Part shown: piece after piece, positions 61,404-64,000 of the stretch
How the letters are laid out: the number at the start of each line of letters is the position of its first letter
Position numbering within the stretch: position 1 is the stretch's first letter
Assembly: GCA_036376275.1 (NCBI GenBank)
Contig: DASVAP010000014.1
Location: forward strand, 23,839-87,838
Source of the DNA: Planctomycetota bacterium
Lineage (GTDB): Bacteria > Planctomycetota > UBA1135 > GCA-002686595
Direction: 5' to 3'
DNA length: 64,000 nucleotides
The notes under the pieces: generated by a model
What the model was told of the DNA's origin: nothing
Database searches by the model: none
What the model saw: the letters and a program-made list of their open reading frames with translations, nothing else
Program-made: the position numbers and the translations under genes

Positions 61404-62189
61404 ATGAATCGGCGGGCTTCCAGGGCCCGAACCCGGCCGATGTTCGTCTTCGTCTACGCAGTGGGCGCCTACGTGGTGTTCGTGCTCACGCTGCTCTACG
61501 CCGTCGCCTTCGTCGGCAACTGGGACGTGACCTTCACCCTCGACGGCTTGCCCGGGGGGATCGCCAGCCACCCGGGCGCCTGGCTCGGGAGCGCGCTGGC
61601 CCTGGGGACCTTCGGAGCGCTGCACGTCGCGCTCGGGCGCCCCGAGTTCCGCCGCGCCTGGAGGCGGTACCTCCCGCCCGCGCTGGAGCGCAGCACGCGC
61701 GTCCTGGTGTCGTCCGTGGCGCTGATGCTCGTGTTCCTGCTGTGGCGGCCGGTGCCCGTCGTGCTGTGGGACCTGGGCTATGGTCCGTTCGCCTTCGCGG
61801 TGGAGGTGCTGTCCTGGTGCGGCTGGGGTCTGGCGCTCGCGAGCACCTTCCTGCGCGACCACCTCGAGCTCTTCGGCCTGAAGCAGGCGATCGCGCACGC
61901 GCGCGGCGAGGAGCCGGCCCCGTCCGCGCTCCAGCTCGACGCCCTCACGCGCCGCGTGCGTCAGCCGCTCACCCTCGGGCTCCTGGTCGCGCTCTGGTGC
62001 GCACCGCTCATGACCCTGGGGCACCTCGTCTTCGGCGGGCTGGTCACGGGCTACCTGCTGTTCCTCGTGCGTCAGGAGGAGGCGGAGCTGGCGCGCCTCC
62101 ATCCCCAGTACCGCGCCTACCAGGCGCACGTGCCCATGCTCAACCCTTTCGGGCGCCGGGCGCGGGGTCGTGCGCGGCGCGCGGCCTGA
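61404..62189 (+). CDS. membrane methyltransferase of the ICMT/PEMT family (MddA-like)
   Basis: About 261 aa. Hydrophobic N-terminus MFVFVYAVGAYVVFVLTLLYAVAFVGNW. Also DHLELFGLKQ and the C-terminal block RQEEAELARLHPQYRAYQAHVPMLNPF, typical of this family. The start is ATG 61404 or 61440. Confidence 0.6.
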   Translation: MNRRASRARTRPMFVFVYAVGAYVVFVLTLLYAVAFVGNWDVTFTLDGLPGGIASHPGAWLGSALALGTFGALHVALGRPEFRRAWRRYLPPALERSTRVLVSSVALMLVFLLWRPVPVVLWDLGYGPFAFAVEVLSWCGWGLALASTFLRDHLELFGLKQAIAHARGEEPAPSALQLDALTRRVRQPLTLGLLVALWCAPLMTLGHLVFGGLVTGYLLFLVRQEEAELARLHPQYRAYQAHVPMLNPFGRRARGRARRAA

Positions 62190-62226
62190 GGGGCGCACCG
62201 GCGGCCGGCGCGCTATCCTCGCGCGC

Positions 62227-62448
62227 ATGCGCAGGAAGCGGAGCGAGCACGAGCCGGAGCGCCACCGCGACGTGGAGGCGAGCTACGTGTGCGGCTCCTG
62301 CGGCGAGGAGATCGTCGTGCCGCTCGATCCGTCGGGCGGCGAGCGCCAGCAGTACGTCGAGGACTGTCCGGTGTGCTGCACGCCCAACGAGGTCTTCGTC
62401 GACTACGACGAGGACGGCTCGGCGCGCGTGTCCGCGCGGGCCGAGTAG
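62227..62448 (+). CDS. CPXCG-motif cysteine-rich (zinc-ribbon) small protein
   Basis: 73 aa with YVCGSCGEEIVVPLDP...QQYVEDCPVCCTPNEVFVDYDEDG. Confidence 0.6.
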   Translation: MRRKRSEHEPERHRDVEASYVCGSCGEEIVVPLDPSGGERQQYVEDCPVCCTPNEVFVDYDEDGSARVSARAE

Positions 62449-63155
62449 GCCGCGCGCGGCGGCACGCCTCCCGTGACCAGGGCCGCACGCAGGCGGCCGC
62501 GCGAGTAGAGCGTGCGGTCGACGAAGAGCGCGAAGAGGTGCTCGAGACGCGCGCGCACCGCGGGGCCCTCCAGGATGCCGAGCGCGCGCGCCACGGACTC
62601 GAAGGTGGCCAGGCAGGCGCGGTCGGGATGGGAGCGCAGGCGGTAGCGCGAGGGCGGCCCCGCGGGCAGGGAGACGCGCTCGAGCTCCGCCAGGGCCGGC
62701 TCGCGCGTGGCCATGCGCCGGGCCGCGCGCCAGGTGCCGTCCGGGACGACGAGCGTCACGGGATGCTCGAGCGCGGCCTCCGGCGCCAGCTCGGGCGCGC
62801 CGGGCTCCGGGAAGAGCAGCAGCGTCCGGCGCCCCGGGGCCGCGAGCTCCTCCCGGGCGAGAGGCTGCGCCGGATCGCGCGCCAGGAGCGACGCGTCGGC
62901 CAGGACGAGCGGCACGAGCCGGCCCGTGTTCGTCGGCTGCGGCGCCTCGCGCGCCGTGCGCACGATCACGACGCGCGTCGCCAGCGCGAGCGGCTGTAGC
63001 TCCGCGCACAGGCAAAGCCGCTCGTGCAGCCCGCAGCGCCGGCAGCGCGGCAGCGTCCCGGTGCGGTCGCGGTGGGGATGGCACGGAGCGGGGCCCAGGC
63101 GGGCGAGGATACCCGCTCGCGGGTCGCGACGCGGCTCAGTGGAGTCGCAGGACAT
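62403..63155 (-). CDS. DTW-domain tRNA-uridine aminocarboxypropyltransferase (TapT/TuaA-like)
   Basis: 250 aa. N-terminal Cys cluster RCRRCGLHERLCLCAE and the motif VVPDGTWRAARRM. The 3' end overlaps the convergent CPXCG gene by 46 nt. Confidence 0.75.
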   Translation of the reverse strand: MSCDSTEPRRDPRAGILARLGPAPCHPHRDRTGTLPRCRRCGLHERLCLCAELQPLALATRVVIVRTAREAPQPTNTGRLVPLVLADASLLARDPAQPLAREELAAPGRRTLLLFPEPGAPELAPEAALEHPVTLVVPDGTWRAARRMATREPALAELERVSLPAGPPSRYRLRSHPDRACLATFESVARALGILEGPAVRARLEHLFALFVDRTLYSRGRLRAALVTGGVPPRAAYSARADTRAEPSSS

Positions 63156-64000
63156 GGACCATCGCGCAGGCGAGCAGGACCACGGCGAACACGATCAGCG
63201 CCGCTCGGAGATGCCGCCTCACCCACTCGCTGCGCAGGCTCAGCCCCGCCAGCCCCAGGACGAGCGGCGGCACGAGGACCATGAAGTAGCGTCCCTGCAG
63301 GCCGAGCACGACCGGGCGTCCGACGGGCGTGAGCAGGAAGAGCGGCACGTGGATCAGCACGGTCTGGATCAGCACGGTCCCCAGCAGGACCGCGCGCTGC
63401 GCGGGAGTCGGCCGCGTCAGCTCGTCCTGGCTGCGGAGGAGCACGACGCAGGCGCAACCCACGAGGACGTAGGTCAGCGGAGCCAGCGTCGAGGAGCTCT
63501 GCCCCGAGCGGAAGACGAGCCCCTCCCAGAGGCCCTGCAGGCCGAGGTAGAGCGTGTTCACGACCACGCCCAGGAAGGCGAGCGGTGAGCCGGTGACGAG
63601 AGCCATCTGCGCCTCGCGCTGGCCGTCCTCGACCGGGATTCCCATGCCGAACCAGAAGAGTCCCAGCGCCAGGGCCGCGCCGTTCAGGGCGAGCGTGCCG
63701 AGGACGAACGCCCCGTGCGCGCGCGGGCCGCGGAAGTGCCGACGCGGCACGAGGAGCACCAGGAGGGCCATGGCCGTGTAGCCCGGCTTCAGCAGCGTGC
63801 CCCCCAGCGAGAGGAGCACCGCGAGGCCGAGCTCGCGCCGGGTCGCGGAGCGCGTCCCGTGCGCCAGGGCCAGGACGTGAGCCGAGAAGTAGAGCAGGAC
63901 GCCGAAGTGCAGCGCGTCGTAGCTGACCGAGGCCATCTGCTGGAAGGCCTCGGGCAGCAGCGCGACCAGTGCGAACACGAGCTTGCCCGTGGGCGCCACG
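63136..64000 (-). CDS. polytopic membrane protein, C-terminal part only (possibly DUF2142/GT-C-like); N-terminus beyond the right edge
   Basis: The open frame runs to the window edge. It has many hydrophobic segments (LVFALVALLPEAF, VLLYFSAHVLALA, AFVLGTLALNGAALALGLFWF, VLLGTVLIQTVLIHVPLFLL). The family assignment is tentative. Confidence 0.5.
   Translation of the reverse strand, partial: VAPTGKLVFALVALLPEAFQQMASVSYDALHFGVLLYFSAHVLALAHGTRSATRRELGLAVLLSLGGTLLKPGYTAMALLVLLVPRRHFRGPRAHGAFVLGTLALNGAALALGLFWFGMGIPVEDGQREAQMALVTGSPLAFLGVVVNTLYLGLQGLWEGLVFRSGQSSSTLAPLTYVLVGCACVVLLRSQDELTRPTPAQRAVLLGTVLIQTVLIHVPLFLLTPVGRPVVLGLQGRYFMVLVPPLVLGLAGLSLRSEWVRRHLRAALIVFAVVLLACAMVHVLRLH

Noticed and set aside
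1-64000. Search for tRNA, rRNA, CRISPR, transposase, integrase, prophage or defence-system genes
   Set aside because: I inspected all intergenic gaps longer than 40 bp and found no cloverleaf-like sequence or rRNA. No ORF has transposase, integrase, nuclease-helicase or toxin-antitoxin signatures. The window looks like core chromosome apart from the amidohydrolase array.

Overview
Very GC-rich (roughly 70 percent or more by eye, not computed) bacterial chromosomal window from a diderm organism. I call about 55 protein-coding genes and see no rRNA, tRNA, CRISPR array, transposase or integrase. Because of the GC content, most of the longest ORFs on the track are antisense or out-of-frame artefacts with Arg/Ala/Gly/Pro-rich translations. 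Genes were called only where the translation shows family motifs, signal peptides or tight operon junctions (ATGA/GTGA overlaps).

Content from left to right:
- A complete bacillithiol pathway (bshA, bshB, bshC), interrupted by an orphan parA with a Pro/Ala-rich tail and a cluster of TCCACA (DnaA-box-like) repeats.
- pyrF, a DUF502 protein and hemW.
- A sigma-70 factor with no canonical start codon (candidate ATT start behind a perfect AAGGAG).
- An HPr-domain fusion protein.
- A parS palindrome plus parB, 9.7 kb from parA.
- Envelope and secreted proteins: cyclophilin, GT2 synthase, CRTAC1/TPR, beta-helix protein, sulfatase-like protein.
- An hcnABC-like three-subunit flavoenzyme, a divergent transketolase, and nucleoside salvage genes (punA-like, deoC).

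The stand-out is 36084-50267. It is a co-directional, tightly packed array of nine amidohydrolase-fold paralogues (ten domains), each with an N-terminal signal-like segment. Only two adjacent members keep the HxH/Asp metal site. Several carry Lys/Glu-rich insertions at a homologous position. The array is split by a 166-bp element with 40-nt inverted arms and ends in a small Cys/Met-rich lipoprotein. It is convergent with a tamB-omp85 pair.

The right end holds a TrpD-like protein, a stand-alone SecD-P1-like protein, rtcB, a serine hydrolase, a membrane methyltransferase, a CPXCG zinc-ribbon protein, a DTW tRNA-modification enzyme and a truncated membrane protein.

All family assignments come from motif recognition by eye. 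No database search was run.
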